Assembly (NCBI GenBank): GCA_016748015.1
Contig: JAAOMT010000088.1
Location: forward strand, 91,969 to 155,968
Length of the DNA stretch: 64,000 nucleotides
Reading direction: 5' to 3'
DNA from: Geosiphon pyriformis uo1
Taxonomy: Eukaryota > Fungi > Glomeromycota
This document shows, one piece after another, positions 1 to 13,299 of the stretch. Under the pieces are notes generated by a model that was not told the origin of the DNA, did not search any database, and saw nothing but the letters and a program-made list of their open reading frames with translations. The translations under genes were made by a program, and so were the position numbers. Every line of letters begins with the position of its first letter. Within the stretch, counting starts at the first letter, position 1.

Positions 1-19
1 TGATAGTATTGAATTCATT

Positions 20-634
20 CTATAGTTGGATTACGGCGTTTGGGTCGCTAAAATACTCCAGGAGTGCATTTTTAAATTCGGTGAAGCTCGTGGGTTTTGT
101 TTTCAGGCTTTGATACCACGAGTCGGCTGTGCCTTTCAGGAAGAAAGGTAATGTTTGAATTGCTCTTTGGTCGTTCCAGTTATTTGCCTGGATGGCTTTT
201 TGTGCTTCTTTGAGCCATGTGTGCACGTCCGTTTCTTCTTCCTCTCCTGAGAAATCTGTTAGTCTTGCAATGTATGGTGTGGTCATTTCGTTGCCGTTTT
301 CTGCTGGTGGGTTTATTGGTCTAAGAGGAGGTGGGATGATATTTCCTTGAGCGTTCCTAAAGGTGGCTTCTCTTATATCCGGTTCTTCCTCTTGATCACG
401 AGTTTCTTGGTTTCTGGACTGGCTGCTTGTTCCAGTGACTGGTCTTGTGATTGTTTTTTTGCTGGTCTCTTTTTCGGATTCCAATTCAGACTCCTCTTCA
501 TGGTTTTCAAATCCTGTTCTAAATTTTGGCTGAAAAAGAGAGTTTTGGAATAATGATGAATATCCTCCTGTAATTGGTATGTCTCCCCAGTTACGTTGTT
601 TAATTTTATCAATATAACTAGGAGTTCTTGGCAT
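20..634 (-). pseudogene. gag: Retrotransposon Gag (capsid) fragment
   Basis: RLTDFSGEEE..VHTWLKEAQKAIQANNWND..PFFLKGTADSWYQSL..FTEFKNALLEYF is a typical Ty3/Gypsy capsid region. It is homologous to the gag at ~41000-41230. Confidence 0.8.
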
Positions 635-772
635 TTGTGGAGTTGATGTTGATGATGATGCAGCTCCTAATGGAATTTGTATCTTATTTTCTGGTGAAAA
701 ATGGTATGATTTATCTTCTGGTGAATAAATACATTGTTTCTTTATTGATTGAGTGACAGTTTTCTTTGGCGT

Positions 773-2036
773 TGTTACAGGATGGTTTTCTTGTTATATT
801 TAATTGCTGATATCCCACTTTAATTGCAATCAGTCTTTCGTGAGTTCCTCAATTCTATTTGTGTGATAATGTCACTTGTTACACTGAAGGCTTTCTTTTT
901 ACTGTTGCGATGTAAGTTATTCTTTAATTCTTGATTGTTGTGTGTGTTTATGTACTCCTTCTCAGAGGCTGCACTGAAATCTACCCACTGTCTGGAGTCT
1001 TCTCTGAGGCTATCCTTGCAATTGCCTGATGTGTTTCTCTAATCTAGAAACACAGAATGTTAATGGTCTTTAGCGCTTTTCTAATTCTCACAATAAAGCT
1101 TTTATCAATTAGTAACAATGTGAATAATCTTGATCAAGGATTATTCTTCCAAGAGATTCAGTTGATGAATGANNNNNNNNNNNNNNNNNNNNAAAAATGC
1201 TAGCTCATTTTTCCCAAAGAAACATTTTTCTAGATTTAGTTTAAGTCCAGCATGTCTCAATCTCTCAAAAACTTGTTGTAAATGTTGGAGATGATTCATG
1301 AATTTTGACGAGAAAACATTTGTATCATCCAAGTAGACAACAACGGATTGCCACAGGATTCCGGAGTAAATTACGTCCATTAGTCTTTGGAATGTCGCGG
1401 GAGCGTTTGTTAATCCAAATGGCATTACATTGAACTCATAATTGCCATTTTGTGTTGTGAATGCTGTTTTATGCCTGTCCTTTGGGTCCATTTCCACTTG
1501 CCAGTACCCACTGGTCAAGTCCAGTGTAGAAAACCATTTTGCTCCTCCAAAAACATCGAAGATTTCATCAATTAATGGTATTGGGTATGAGTCTTTGGTT
1601 GTTTTGCTGTTTAGTTTGCGATAGTCGACGCAAAATCTAATTTTTCCGTTCTTTTTCCTTACTAAAACAACTGGTGAGGACTATGGGCTCATTGATGGTT
1701 GTATTATTCCTTTTTCCAACATGCTTTGGACTTCTTTTCTGATAAAATTATGCTCCATTGGTGGGACACGGTAAGTGCGTTGTTTTTCAGGTCTGGCGTC
1801 TCCAGTGGGGATTTGGTGTTGAACCAAGTTGGTTCTTCCAAATTCGCCATTTCTTGAAAATATATCAGAGTANNNNNNNNNNNNNNNNNNNNTGAACTGG
1901 TGCTTGCCACTATCGCGAGATGGTGTTTGCTACTATGTTAATCATTACCTTTCTAAGATTATTACTGTGCTATATTATGATTGAATAGTTTGTATTATTT
2001 TTATGATTCTTTTTGCTAAATTCTTAAACCGTAACA
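773..2036 (-). mobile_element. Nested LTR retrotransposon of the same family, collapsed by two assembly gaps
   Basis: Begins tgttacagg (773) and ends ccgtaaca (2036), flanked by a 4-bp TSD GCGT (769-772, 2037-2040). 773-1172 and 1893-2036 are near-identical to the two ends of the 2516-3343 LTR. RT lies between the N-runs. Confidence 0.8.
1193..1872 (-). pseudogene. pol: Gypsy reverse transcriptase fragment
   Basis: SGYWQV..KTAFTT..YEFNVMPFGLTNAPATFQRLM..VVVYLDD..KLNLEKCFFG motifs. Confidence 0.92.
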
Positions 2037-2500
2037 GCGTTTGAGCTGGTGTTTCTAGTTTTTGCTGGTTACTTTCCTGATTAGTTTCTAAATTTTCTTT
2101 GGTTTTGTTGGCGCATTCCCTAGTGTTTCCTGTGAATATTGAAAAATTTTCGTTGGCGTATTGCTCAATTTCTCAATAGATTTTGACAATAGTTGCGGCT
2201 ATTACTGCTACTTCTTTTGTAGTATATTGTGATAATTCTCTATACAATCCAAGTTTTGCATCGTGTGGTTCTTCTTCCTTTCCTATATGATAATTTATTC
2301 TGGCATTGATATAATAAGTGAGAGCAGATTCTGCTGGACAACACTCTTCTGGTAATCTAAGATCACTTTGATTTTGTGTGTAAATAGCACGGCAGAATTC
2401 AAGAACAGTAAGATTAGGGGTTTTTGTTGCCACTTTTGTCTTTTCTTTTTTAGCAATGAATTATTGCTAATTATTATTTCCTTTTTGATTTTCTTTTCTC

Positions 2501-2513
2501 GTAGGGTTCACCA
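2501..2513 (-). other. Putative primer-binding site (TGGTGAACCCTAC)
   Basis: Starts with TGG 2 nt inside the LTR's CA end, complementary to a tRNA CCA end. tRNA identity not determined. Confidence 0.6.
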
Positions 2514-2515
2514 AA

Positions 2516-3343
2516 TGTTACGGGATGGTTTTCTTGTTATATTTAATTGCTGATATCCCGCTTTAATTGCAATCAGTCTTTCGTGAGTTCCTCAGTTCTA
2601 TTTGTGTGATAATGTCACTGTTACACTGAAGGCTTTCTTTTTTTTCTGTTGCGATGTAAGTTATTCTTTAATTCTTGATTGTTGTGTGTGTTTATGTACT
2701 CCTTCTCAGAGGCTGAACTGAAATCTACCCACTGTCTGGGGTCTTCTCTGAGGCTATCCTTGCAATTGCCTGATGTGTTTCTCTAATCTAGAAACACAGA
2801 ATGTTAATGGTCTTTAGCGCTTTTCTAATTCTCACAATAAAGCTTTTATCAATTAGTAACAATGTGAATAATCTTGATCAAGGATTATTCTTCCAAGAGA
2901 TTCAGTTGATGAATGATAGTTTCATTCAATAAATAATACAAGTAAGTTTCTTAATACTTTGGGTTGTGATAGTTCAGTTTTAAATATTCTTTTTCATTTC
3001 TTTTTGATTTTAAAGGTTTCTTGGGATATTTAATTTGAAAGTATGATTTAAAGTTATGATTTTTATTACTTGATTGATTCTTTCCCAATATTAAAACTAC
3101 TGTATATATACATGTTTGTAGTTCTACGAGAAAATACTTTCTTTTTGATATTTCAACCTGGTGCTTGCTGCTATCACCAGTTGGTGTTGGCTGCTATTGT
3201 GAACTGGTGCTTGCCACTATCGCGAAATGGTGTTTGCTACTATGTTAATCATTACCTTTCTAAGATTATTACTGTGCTATATTATGATTGAATAGTTTGT
3301 ATTATTTTTATAATTCTTTTTTCTAAATTCTTAAACTGTAACA
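2516..3343 (-). repeat. LTR (family 1), 828 bp
   Basis: TG..CA termini with tgttac/gtaaca inverted ends. Duplicated at 773-1172 and 1893-2036. Internal ~23-bp tandem repeats at 3158-3245. Confidence 0.88.
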
Positions 3344-4870
3344 GTGGCCTCTACTCTGGTGCTTGGTGCTACTTTTAAAATCAAATTGGCTTATGTTAAG
3401 GCTGTTTTACAATCTGTACATGGTTTTTTGGGTGCTAAGTCTGTTTCAAAAGACAATGTGAAGCTTTTTTGTGTGGAATTTGCTTCTCAAATCTCTTTAA
3501 ATACTGTGTTTTTAGTTGAGCTTACAAGCTCTGTTTATCTTGCCACTCTTAAAATTACCAAGTCTTTGGTGGTTTCTGAATTTGGCCTTTCTGCTGCTGT
3601 TGCACTGCGTAATGTGCCTTTGGGTGTACATTAAGACAGCTCTTAGTGTTTTTGGTATGGTTATTTATGTTGTGTTGAAGCCTGCTGGTATTTGGCAATA
3701 TGTGGTAGTTTATTTTAAGAAGTTGGATTCTGCCATGTCTGCTTTGAGTTATTGGTCAGTATTGGTGGGCAGAGATAGTGTTAGAATTTTTCTCTTGGTG
3801 AATCAAAATGAGACTATTTTGTTTCATAATAAGTTTAAGGCCAAGTTGGTCAATCTTTTTTCTGGCTGTACTGCTTTTGAAATCAGTAATATGATTTCTC
3901 AGGTTGGTGGCTGGTCTTATTTTATTTCTCAGTCTCCTGATTCTGGTTGTCATCTCTGCTTTGTTCTAGTTATGTTTGGCTCTCAAGCTGATTTAGATCT
4001 TGCTGTTGCCAAAACTGGTATGTTTAGAAAGTGTTGTATCTGGTGAAAGACTCCTAATTGTTGGCATTGTTTTCGGTGTCAAGAAATAGGTTACTTGGCT
4101 GTAGACTGTAAAGTTGCTTTATTTCCCTTTCTGAAGGCTTCCAAAGTGTTCAAATCATGTTTTATTGGTTTTTTGTCTTATGCTAAAGCATCTGCTTCTC
4201 CTGTTATGTCTGAATTATCTCCTTTGGTGGCTTCCACTCCTTCTGTGGCTGTTGTTGATCCTGCTGTTGGGTCCAAATTGGACTCTTTGAAAAAGCAAAT
4301 TTTGGATTTGGCTGCTTTGATAAAGTTTATTGTTAAGCCTGTTGACTTTTTGGTTGTTTTGGTATTTTATCTCCTTGATAATAATGCTGTTAAGACTGTT
4401 TAGTTAGAGAAAGATCTTCTTTCTATGAAATATGTTTCTAATAATTTTGCCAATCTTTTGGTTGGTGTATCTAAGGACATTGCTTGTCTTAGATCTGAAG
4501 TTGACTTTGGTAACATGGATTATGATAATATGCAGGCTGCTACACCTTCTCTTTTGAGTAAAAATACTGTTGAGTGTGTTATTGCTTTGTGGCAGATGTC
4601 AGGTGTTGAGGTTAGGAGTAGTGTTGAATCTACTAGATTATTTTTTAGTGGGTTTATTTTTGATTCTAAGAATCTGAATAGTGTGATTGAAAAAATTTGT
4701 GGGTTAGAATTATTCCTACCTTCTATTGTTTTAGCTTAGTTAGTGCCTTGACTGACTTGGATAATTTGTTACATGTAGAAAATATGTGATTTACATCTAA
4801 TTTATAATCTTTTAGTGATGCATAGTATTAGATAGTGTTTGGGCACATCTTGTTAAAACATATTAAAAAA
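3344..4870 (+). mobile_element. ORF1-only non-LTR element, copy 1 (5' part displaced by the Gypsy insertion)
   Basis: Broken ORF (VASTLV.GATFKIKLA... CFRCQEIGYLAVDC ...LPSIVLA* at 4739) homologous to 24029-26154, followed by the LINE-type 3' tail and an A-rich end at ~4865-4871. Confidence 0.85.
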
Positions 4871-4943
4871 ATATTAAAATTATATAAAATATAATTTGTT
4901 TTGTTTTTAAATTAAAATTTTTTTTAATATATTAAGTAAATTA

Positions 4944-7900
4944 AAAAACTTCTTTCTTTTTTACATTCCCAAATCCTCAAAAAGTGCTTTTCTGAAAAAG
5001 AAGTTTTTTTTTATTTTATTTCCTTGTTAGTATTTCACTATTTTTCTTTCTAATAACCCCTTTTTTGTGAACTTGGAGACTGCTTTTAGTAGTGACATGT
5101 CTAAAAAGAAGGCACCAAAGGGTGCTTTTTATGGTTCTGCAGATAGCTTTTTTTCACAAAAAAAGAAAGTTGTGCTTGGAAATGTTAAATACTCTGGTGA
5201 CAAAAAAGATATCTCTCTAAGCAAGTCTGGGCTTGGTGACAGTGTGTTTTCTGATGTAGATAGTCTGTCTAGTGACAAAGAAGGTGTTAGTATGACTGGC
5301 ATTAATGTTGGATCTCTTTTGGGTTCAGCTGTCAACACTCTTAAAGCAAAACATGTTAATACTGGTGCTGTTTTTGGTTCCTCACTTGGTTCTCCCAACT
5401 TCAATATGGATGATAATGAAGAAGTGTTTCTTTTTTTTCGACTTTCAATCTCTCTGGAAAAGAGGTGGATCGACTCTAAAATTGTCAAGACTCAAGTGGA
5501 AGTCTCAGTTAGGAAATTATTTGCTTTGGACATTAATTTTTTGGCTGTGAAAAGGAAATTGGTGATGGCAAAAACCCAACTCATCAGAAAAATTTTTTCA
5601 ACAATTAATGGTTTTGAGAGGACCACTACTCTCTTAAAATTTGAAGGAATCATTTGATCTACCTTCACTTCAGAAAAAAGCATGGAAATGGCCATATCAT
5701 TGGCCAGAGAAAAAAGGATCAATGTAAACAGTAATCTTAAGAGACAAGGAATGAAGTTAGATTGGGCTGTGGTGATTAAAAAAATTTCCATGAACACACT
5801 TAAAGATATGATTATTGCTGCAGTATCCAAATTTGGGGAAATTAAGTCAATCAAAATTCAACTGATTGGAATGTAACAAAAAGCTGTGATGGAGTTTGCT
5901 GAATTGGACCATGCTAATTTGTTAGCCTTTAAGTAGTCATTCCTAATTGGTAAGAATTTTGTGCGCATAGCCAAAGCAGTGAAGGATCATAAAATTTGGA
6001 CATCAAGAGATTGGTTTAGAGCACTTTTGTTTACTTTGCTGGTGGGAATGACAGCACATGATTTTGGAACTCTTCTGGAAAGAGCTGGTGAGAAAACTTG
6101 TATTATAAACAGATCTCTGGAAACTGGTAATAGGATTTATTGTATTGTAGTTAGTTTTGCATTTGATAATAATCTGGAATCTGTCTTTTACACAAAGCCA
6201 ATTCTTGGTGAAATTAAACTTTCTTAGGCAAGAATAGATATGGTTTGGTGTGAGAAATGTGGAAAGTTTGGTTATTTTGCTTTAGAATGTGATACAACTA
6301 CTGTGTCCTCCTCTAAGCTTTCAAGAATATTTAAAAGAGTTGCATCTGATGAATATTCTGAATATGTATTTAGTATTAAATACTGTTTCTATGCAATAAA
6401 AGAAAGCTTGAGTTTTTATGATATTAAAGTCATGTAATTGAAAAAGAGCTCTAACAAAAACCAAACTAATAGTCTTGATTGAAATAACTTATAAAATTTT
6501 GTCCAAAATTTTTTTGAATAGAATTTTCTTGGTTTGTAATAATTTTGATGTTTTGTGTAATAATAACTTTTTAGTATTGAGAGACACATCCACCCAATTT
6601 TCTATTTTTACTGTTGATTCTGTTGTTAAAAATGTGTTGAAAAAAGAACCATAAGTTATGGTTGGTTCTACAGAATATGTACAAGACATATAATTTAGTT
6701 GGTTGGTTTTATTTAAAAAACAGCTTAATTAGAGTCAAAATATGTTTCTATTTTATTAAGTTTTTTGAGAACATACACAATGAGCAGATCAATTAAGTAA
6801 TAACAAATTTTGGGTTTACTAATGAATACATCATTTATAATGGTCTGAATTAGAGTAAAGTTTTTTGACTTTTATTATGAAAAATTTTTTATGATTATTG
6901 CTCTACAAAATTAAGAGACATGAAAGTTTGTATAAATATAGATTGGATTCAAAATTTTTTACATGAACTGGCAGACAAAATCAAAAAAGTGGCCTGACTT
7001 TTTTTTTTACAGTAGAGGCTTTTGTAAATAATATTATTTGGATTGAAAATAGCATATCTGCCACTCAGCATATTTTAGACTTAACTAGTAAGTTTTTTTA
7101 TATTAATAATATTTTGAAAAATACAGATAAGACAGTAGTCATACTTATCAATTAAAGGATAAAAATTTTTTAGTTATTAATAAGTGGGTTTCTTATTTCA
7201 ATTGCCAAAAAAGATCAATTTTATAGATACTTGAATATTTTTTTGTCTACTAATGATCTTTTAAAGTCCAGTCTTGCTAAAGCTTAGTCTAATATTAGGT
7301 TTTTTACAAATTTGGTTTTGAGGAAGACAGTATTTAACAAATAATTCATATACTTGATTTCTCTTGTTTTGCAGCCAATAATTAGTTACAGATTGCAATT
7401 TAATTATGCATCTGTAAATATATATGAAAGATAGAACAAATTGCTGAGAAAAGAGCTAAAGCTAAAGACCAATTTGCTTAAAGATTTCTCCAATAAGACC
7501 ATTTTTTATTATAAATTATATGATTTTAAAACTTTCAAACAAGTACAGACTAAAAACTCTTTGACAAATTTGGTAAATTTTGCCAATTTAAGAAGCATTC
7601 TTGACAGATTATTTGAACATAGAGTCATGAATTTGTAGGCTATTAATTGAATTTCTTAGTTTTCTAACCATATTGTCAATCAATTTTATGAACTGTTTTT
7701 TAGCTAATATAACCAACACTCTGGTATTATGTAGGCTTTTATTGAGCATTGATCTGCCAAATATTCTTCAAGTTAATAATGGTGTTACTATTGCTAATAT
7801 ATTGGATTTGGAGCATTATTTGGATGTAATAGGTGCTTTAAAGAAGTTTGGTATTATTTTTGCAAACCAGCTTTTAGATTATTAGAGCATGTGTTTTACA

Positions 7901-9525
7901 TAGAGTAATTTTTGCAAATAAAAGAGATTAAATTCCAGAAAACTGGTTTCTGGTTTGGTTTGATAGTCAAATTTATTAAGAATAGCAGTTTGGTTAATAA
8001 TTATTTTTTAGCTTCTAGTCTTACTCCTGGTTATTGTTTAAGCAATTTCAACTCTGTTGACAACTGATTTTTGAAATATGGATCTGATAGTATAGTTGTT
8101 TATATAGATAGTTTAATTAAGAGTTTGAAAACTGTGGGTACTTGCAGTGGTACTGCTGCCTACTTTCTGGGCATTGACACAAATATTGGTATTAAAATAT
8201 GTGATCTGTTTTTCTTAACTTTGGTAAAATTATATGTCATTGTTCTTGCATTGGAATGTATTCCAGCTTTTAGTTCTATTAGTTTGTTCATAAACAGTTA
8301 GACATTATTAAACATGTGTTCATTATTCAAAAAAAAAGCAAGTTCTAATTTTTGAGATAAATGTTGAATTAAAAAAGAGCATATTCACAAAACTATTATG
8401 TCTAAGAAATTGTTAGTCTGTTAAAACAAAGTGAAAAGTTACTTTGGAGTTATGGGCAATAAACATGCTAATTTTTTGGTCAATGCTGCTATTATGTCTA
8501 ACTTTACATTGCTGGTTGGTATGTCATGCTATTTTTTTTTTATTAAAGACAAACCTGTATCTGGAAATACTCATCATTTTTCTAGACATTTTTTTGATGC
8601 CATAAATTTTGTTGGTTGGAATTCCAAGTGTATGAATAAAACTGTGAATGATATTCTGCATAACTTGATTAATGTGAGTAGGACATTTCATGTATAACAT
8701 CTTAATAGTTGGTTTTAAGCTGGTTTTACCAGTTCTGTTTTTACAATACTTCAATTTTACTTCATAAAAGCTCTCCATTACTGTTTGCCTATGGTCATAA
8801 GAAAACATTAGTACAATTTAAGCTATTCTAGTATATTGTGTATTTAATGTGAGTTGGTTAAGGATTCTGACCACATGTTTTCTTGTGCTTACAATATTAG
8901 TGTTAAGAAGAATTTGATTTTGTTAATTATTAAAATATGGAATAATTTGCTGAATGTTAATACAGCTAACAGTGTAGTGATCTAATTTATATGTAAGATT
9001 GAGTCTTTAGATTATTTGTATATGATGCTTGCCAAGAATTTTGTAATAAAAATATAGATAGCTGATATAATATGACTTATAAGTAGTGGTTTTAATAATA
9101 CAAATTTTGTCATCAAGCTGATTTAGAGTTTTGCCAAGGGTTACAGATTTACCATATAATTGCCAATTATTAAGTTGAAGTTGTATTATAAAAAATGTGA
9201 TCTTTTATCATATGATAGATCCAAGATATTGGTCATGTCTGAATTAGCTTCTATGTAGTCTCATAATACAATTTTTGATTTTGGTATTAGACTGGGTATT
9301 AATATTTGTTTTGATTTATATTCTTATTTATTTAGTATTCAGTTTGGCTTTTTATATAACATTCTTATTGTTGATAGTTTAAGTATTTAATGTCACCTTG
9401 ATTGGCTTGAATGGCTGGTTATGTGTGGAAAAATACATGAGTTATGCTTAATATAAGAACTTATATGTTTTTATAGTCTTAGGTAATGATTAAATATTAC
9501 TTGTTAATTATTTAATAAAAAAAAA
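4944..9525 (+). mobile_element. Decayed LINE with internal deletion (ORF1 5' part fused to RT-RNase H part of ORF2)
   Basis: ORF1 fragments 5067-6350 match LINE ORF1 at 35110-36498 (AVVIK.I.., IGKNFVRIAKA, CEKCGKFGY). At ~6350 the sequence jumps to RT (LIEITYKILSKI), then RNase H (VYIDSL..; VKSYFGVMGNKHANFL), 3' tail and poly(A) 9516-9525. Confidence 0.85.
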
Positions 9526-10199
9526 ATACATATTAATATAATAAATTTTTCAAAATTTAAATGTAAAAATTTGGTTTATTTTCTTTAATAATATAATATA
9601 TTTTTTTTAAATAACTTTTTAATAATATATTTGTTTTTATAAAACAATTAAATATTTAAAATATTATAATATTAATATAAATTATAAATTAAAAAATCAA
9701 ATTATTTTTTACTAATTAATCTATTAATTGAACTAATATATTTAAAAATAAGTCATAAAAGCTTTTACAATAGTTAAATTTTTAATCCTAATAACAACTT
9801 AAAATTTTTGTAAATCTAAAAAAGTAAATTTCTTTTGATCAAATTTTTTTTAATCTCAAAATTATTTAATAAATTAAAATTGGTAAAATATTTGATCTTT
9901 AAACCATTGATTATTCAAGTTTTTCGCAACTATTTTTTGAATACATTAACTACAAAATAATATTATAAGATTAAAATATAAAACCCAATAAATTTTTTTT
10001 ATTTCGATTACACAAAACTACTTTAAGTTTTTGAAAAATGGTTTTTAACTGCTATTAAATAAAAATCCCATTTATTTCTATTAAAAGTTTATTGAATATA
10101 GTCATAAGAGCAATATTCAATCAAATTTCAAGTGGTTAGCAATAAAGTATTGTACAATTTATATATTAAAAATTTCAATCAAACAAAAACTATTTTACA

Positions 10200-11460
10200 A
10201 CTTACCTGCTTAAACATTAAATCAATAACTGGTATTTTTTCTTTATCACTTATAAATGTTGCTAAAACTCAACCACGTGGTTCATCTGATCTAACCATAA
10301 AGACCGTATTGGAGAAGTTTAAGCTGTTGTGACAGTTAATAAAATCTAGAAACAAAAAATCTGAATATTTGTATAATAGCTTAGATATGACTTTAGATGC
10401 GACACCAAGAAGTACAGCTTGATTCTTAGAATTCTGAGCATCCTTAATTTCATATTGTTTTGATATGACGACATCTTCAGCCTCATAAGTATCCATTAGA
10501 GAACAAACCTGTTAATAAAGTGAATTAATATGATAATATATAAAAAAGTGAATTTCTTACTTTTTCAAATTTTAACACACTTGGATAACGTAACTTTTTT
10601 TCATACTTGAGAGCATTTTGAATTGTCTCAAGATTAGATGCAAATCGAGCAGAAATTGGTTGAACTTGATTTGCAAATCTATTACTTGTGCTCAAAATCT
10701 TCGCATTATTCATTAATTCTAAAAATAATTAATATTAATAAATTCAATTACTTTTTCGAATTTATACTTAAACTTACCAGTTGCAATCATTGAAGATGAT
10801 GCATTTGTAGTTTTATTTGAGATGGTTTTTCTCATTAAATTGGCCATTCGGTGTGGTTTTTTTCAGATGTGGTCAGGATCATGATTTCCATAGCACTCAA
10901 TATTGCATAGATTGAGTGGCTTGTCAGAGGAACTGCAATACGACCTTTCCAATTACATTTAGTTTTATAACACCCATTCTATAAATAAAGATAAAGTTAA
11001 TACTTTTAATTTTGATTAGAAATTATTCTTTATTTTATACCCTATTGAAGCATCCAAGATCTTCTACGTATGCCAACTTTGAATTTGAATTTTTCATTTA
11101 AAAGTGTAATGGCTTTTACATCTCCCTTAATATTCAATAAAATACTAATATATATAGAAGTATAATTCGTATAAATAACAATCTCTTACCTGCCAGAATT
11201 TTATAGCCATTACTAAGGCTACCACCTCCTAGGGATACCGTATCAAACATGTATAAGTCTAACACTGAGGGTGGACTTGTATGCGTTGAATAGTTGGCAA
11301 TAATGGGCGCCAAATGCCCTTTTTTGTTTCGATAGAGCTATTAGACAAAGCATAATCGTTCAGTAGTGATAATGTTATGGTAGTAACGGTAATGTACCTT
11401 TATCTTCTTTACACATTTTATATATTTTAGTCTCGAACATGACGGTAGACTGTTTTTCAT
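10200..11460 (-). pseudogene. Intron-containing Mutator/MULE-like transposase remnant (tentative)
   Basis: About 6 GT-AG bounded exon-like segments. They give a C-x4-C..W....YGNH..DH zinc-finger-like segment and DFLFLD....NSLNF.NTVFMVRSDEPRG*VLATFISDKE, resembling the N-terminal half of the MULE DDE domain. In-frame stops and frameshifts are present and no TIRs were found. Confidence 0.4.
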
Positions 11461-11814
11461 ATAATATAGCGATTTATCACGGGGTTTACAGGTTTTTACC
11501 CTATCGCAATCTATCGCAGGTTTTACGTGACTATTGGTTATCTCCTTTTGTATTAAATTAATTATCTTTTATCGCAGATAACAAATTCAGATATTTGTTA
11601 TTAGTTTTTATCGTGAGAATATATCTTGCTGTCCTGGGAAGAAATTGAATCGATAACCAACCCCCACGAAAAATTGGAATTAACTTCCCCAAAATTTTTT
11701 TTTGATTATCTCAAATCTTTTCGAAAATCCACTTAATAAAATGATTTCATGTTTTGGTCAAGCACTTTTCGAGATTGAGACCTCTATCAAATTTCAACCA
11801 TATCATTAAAAAAT

Positions 11815-13037
11815 ATGAAAATAACTGTGACACCTCGTTCGCCCAAATACCAGAAATTTCCTTTAACTATAGAGGTTCCTTCCGAGGCAAAGGTAGAACA
11901 CCTGAAGGAAGGGATTTATAAACAAGTAAAAAAGTATTACCCCGAACGTCAACGTTTGACTTTTAATAGTAAACCTCTTGAAGAGGGAACACGGTTGTCA
12001 GACTATGGAATCAAAAATGGGGATAACGTTGTTTTTAAAGATTTGGGTGAGATAAAATATAATATTTCCTTTAATTAGTATTTCTTCTTGGATCATTATT
12101 TAAAATTTTATCCTGATTATCAAAGGATTACAGATTGGATGGCGAACTGTATTCCTCATCGAATATTTAGGTCCTATTGTGATTCATCCTATATTCTATT
12201 ATTTCTCTGAAACCATTTACCGCCAAAGTTTTCAACATAGCAAAATGCAAACGTAAATCGATTCCAAATTACCACTTTTTGATAAAATATATCATCATAA
12301 AAACAATTACTCAACACATCAATCTGTTTAGGATTACATACTATTTAGTACTCGCTCATTTTATCAAAAGGGAATTTGAGACAGCTTTTGTCCATCGTTT
12401 CTCGCATGGGACAATGCCCTTCCATTTTGTATTCAAGAATTCGGCTCACTACCATTTATTAAGTGGTCTAAATCTAGCTTTTTGGGTTTATGGCCCTTGG
12501 AATGCAGTTGGCACTTTGGGTGGTAAAAGGGAGGAATGGTATCTTTGGACTTGTGTGGCAATCTGGACGGTAAGCTTGATCATTATTATATTTAAATTTA
12601 ATTGTTATTTTTACTCAAAACTATATCTTCATTAAATTATGAGACTAGTGGGCACAGTTATCAAATCTTAATACCCATATAACACTTCGCAACCTCCGTC
12701 CCCCCGGTACAAGAGTTCGTAAAATTCCCTATGGATATGGTTTTGATTTAGTCTCTTGCCCAAACTATTTCTTCGAAATAATAGGTTGGGTTGCCATTTT
12801 AGCATTGACGAAATCATTTGCAGGTATGATGCAGCTACAATTAAATATATCCTTATTGTTTTTTCCATTACTCAATCTCATAATGGTCAATGATGCCCTT
12901 TTTTTTAAGCTCTGTTTTTCTTAATTGTTGGTGGTGGCCAGATGATTATCTGGGCTATAAAAAAGCACAAAAATTATCGAAAAGAATTTAGGGATTACCC
13001 CAGAAATCGTAAGATTTTGATCCCTTTTGTGTTTTAA
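11815..13037 (+). CDS. TSC13: Very-long-chain enoyl-CoA reductase (TECR/Tsc13), 5 exons
   Basis: Ubiquitin-like N-terminus, then FKDLG|LQIGWRTVFLIEYLGP, HFIKREFETAFVHRFSHGTMP, NSAHY, HITLRNLRPPGTRVRKIPYGYGFDLVSCPNYFFE, WAIKKHKNYRKEFRDYPRNRKILIPFVF*. Approximate exons: 11815-12046, 12126-12251, 12332-12569, 12649-12823, 12910-13037. Confidence 0.95.
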
Positions 13038-13299
13038 GATTACATCAAGGCATTTAGCAATCAATTTTGAATAATCATACATTAATATGATATAATTAAT
13101 TATCATCTTCATCATTGGTATTTATTCATTCAGAAAAGTAGTTAAATGACAATCTGATTAATCAAATAGTAAAACCGTAATATTTTTAATGTATAATTCG
13201 CATTAAAATACGAATATTAATGAGTCACAATGAGCGTATTGAAAATTTCGAATTTTTTTTCGAAAACCAGGATGTCTTGCAAACTTTTTTCCAACCAAC

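Larger units (their letters stand above)
1..3343 (-). mobile_element. Ty3/Gypsy LTR retrotransposon (5' part: 5' LTR, PBS, gag), interrupted by a nested copy of its own family and running off the window's left edge
   Basis: LTR 2516-3343 (tgttac...gtaaca) and a PBS-like TGGTGAACCCTAC just inside it on the minus strand. Gag-like reading frames at 2173-2433 and 20-634 are collinear across the 773-2036 insertion. Confidence 0.8.
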
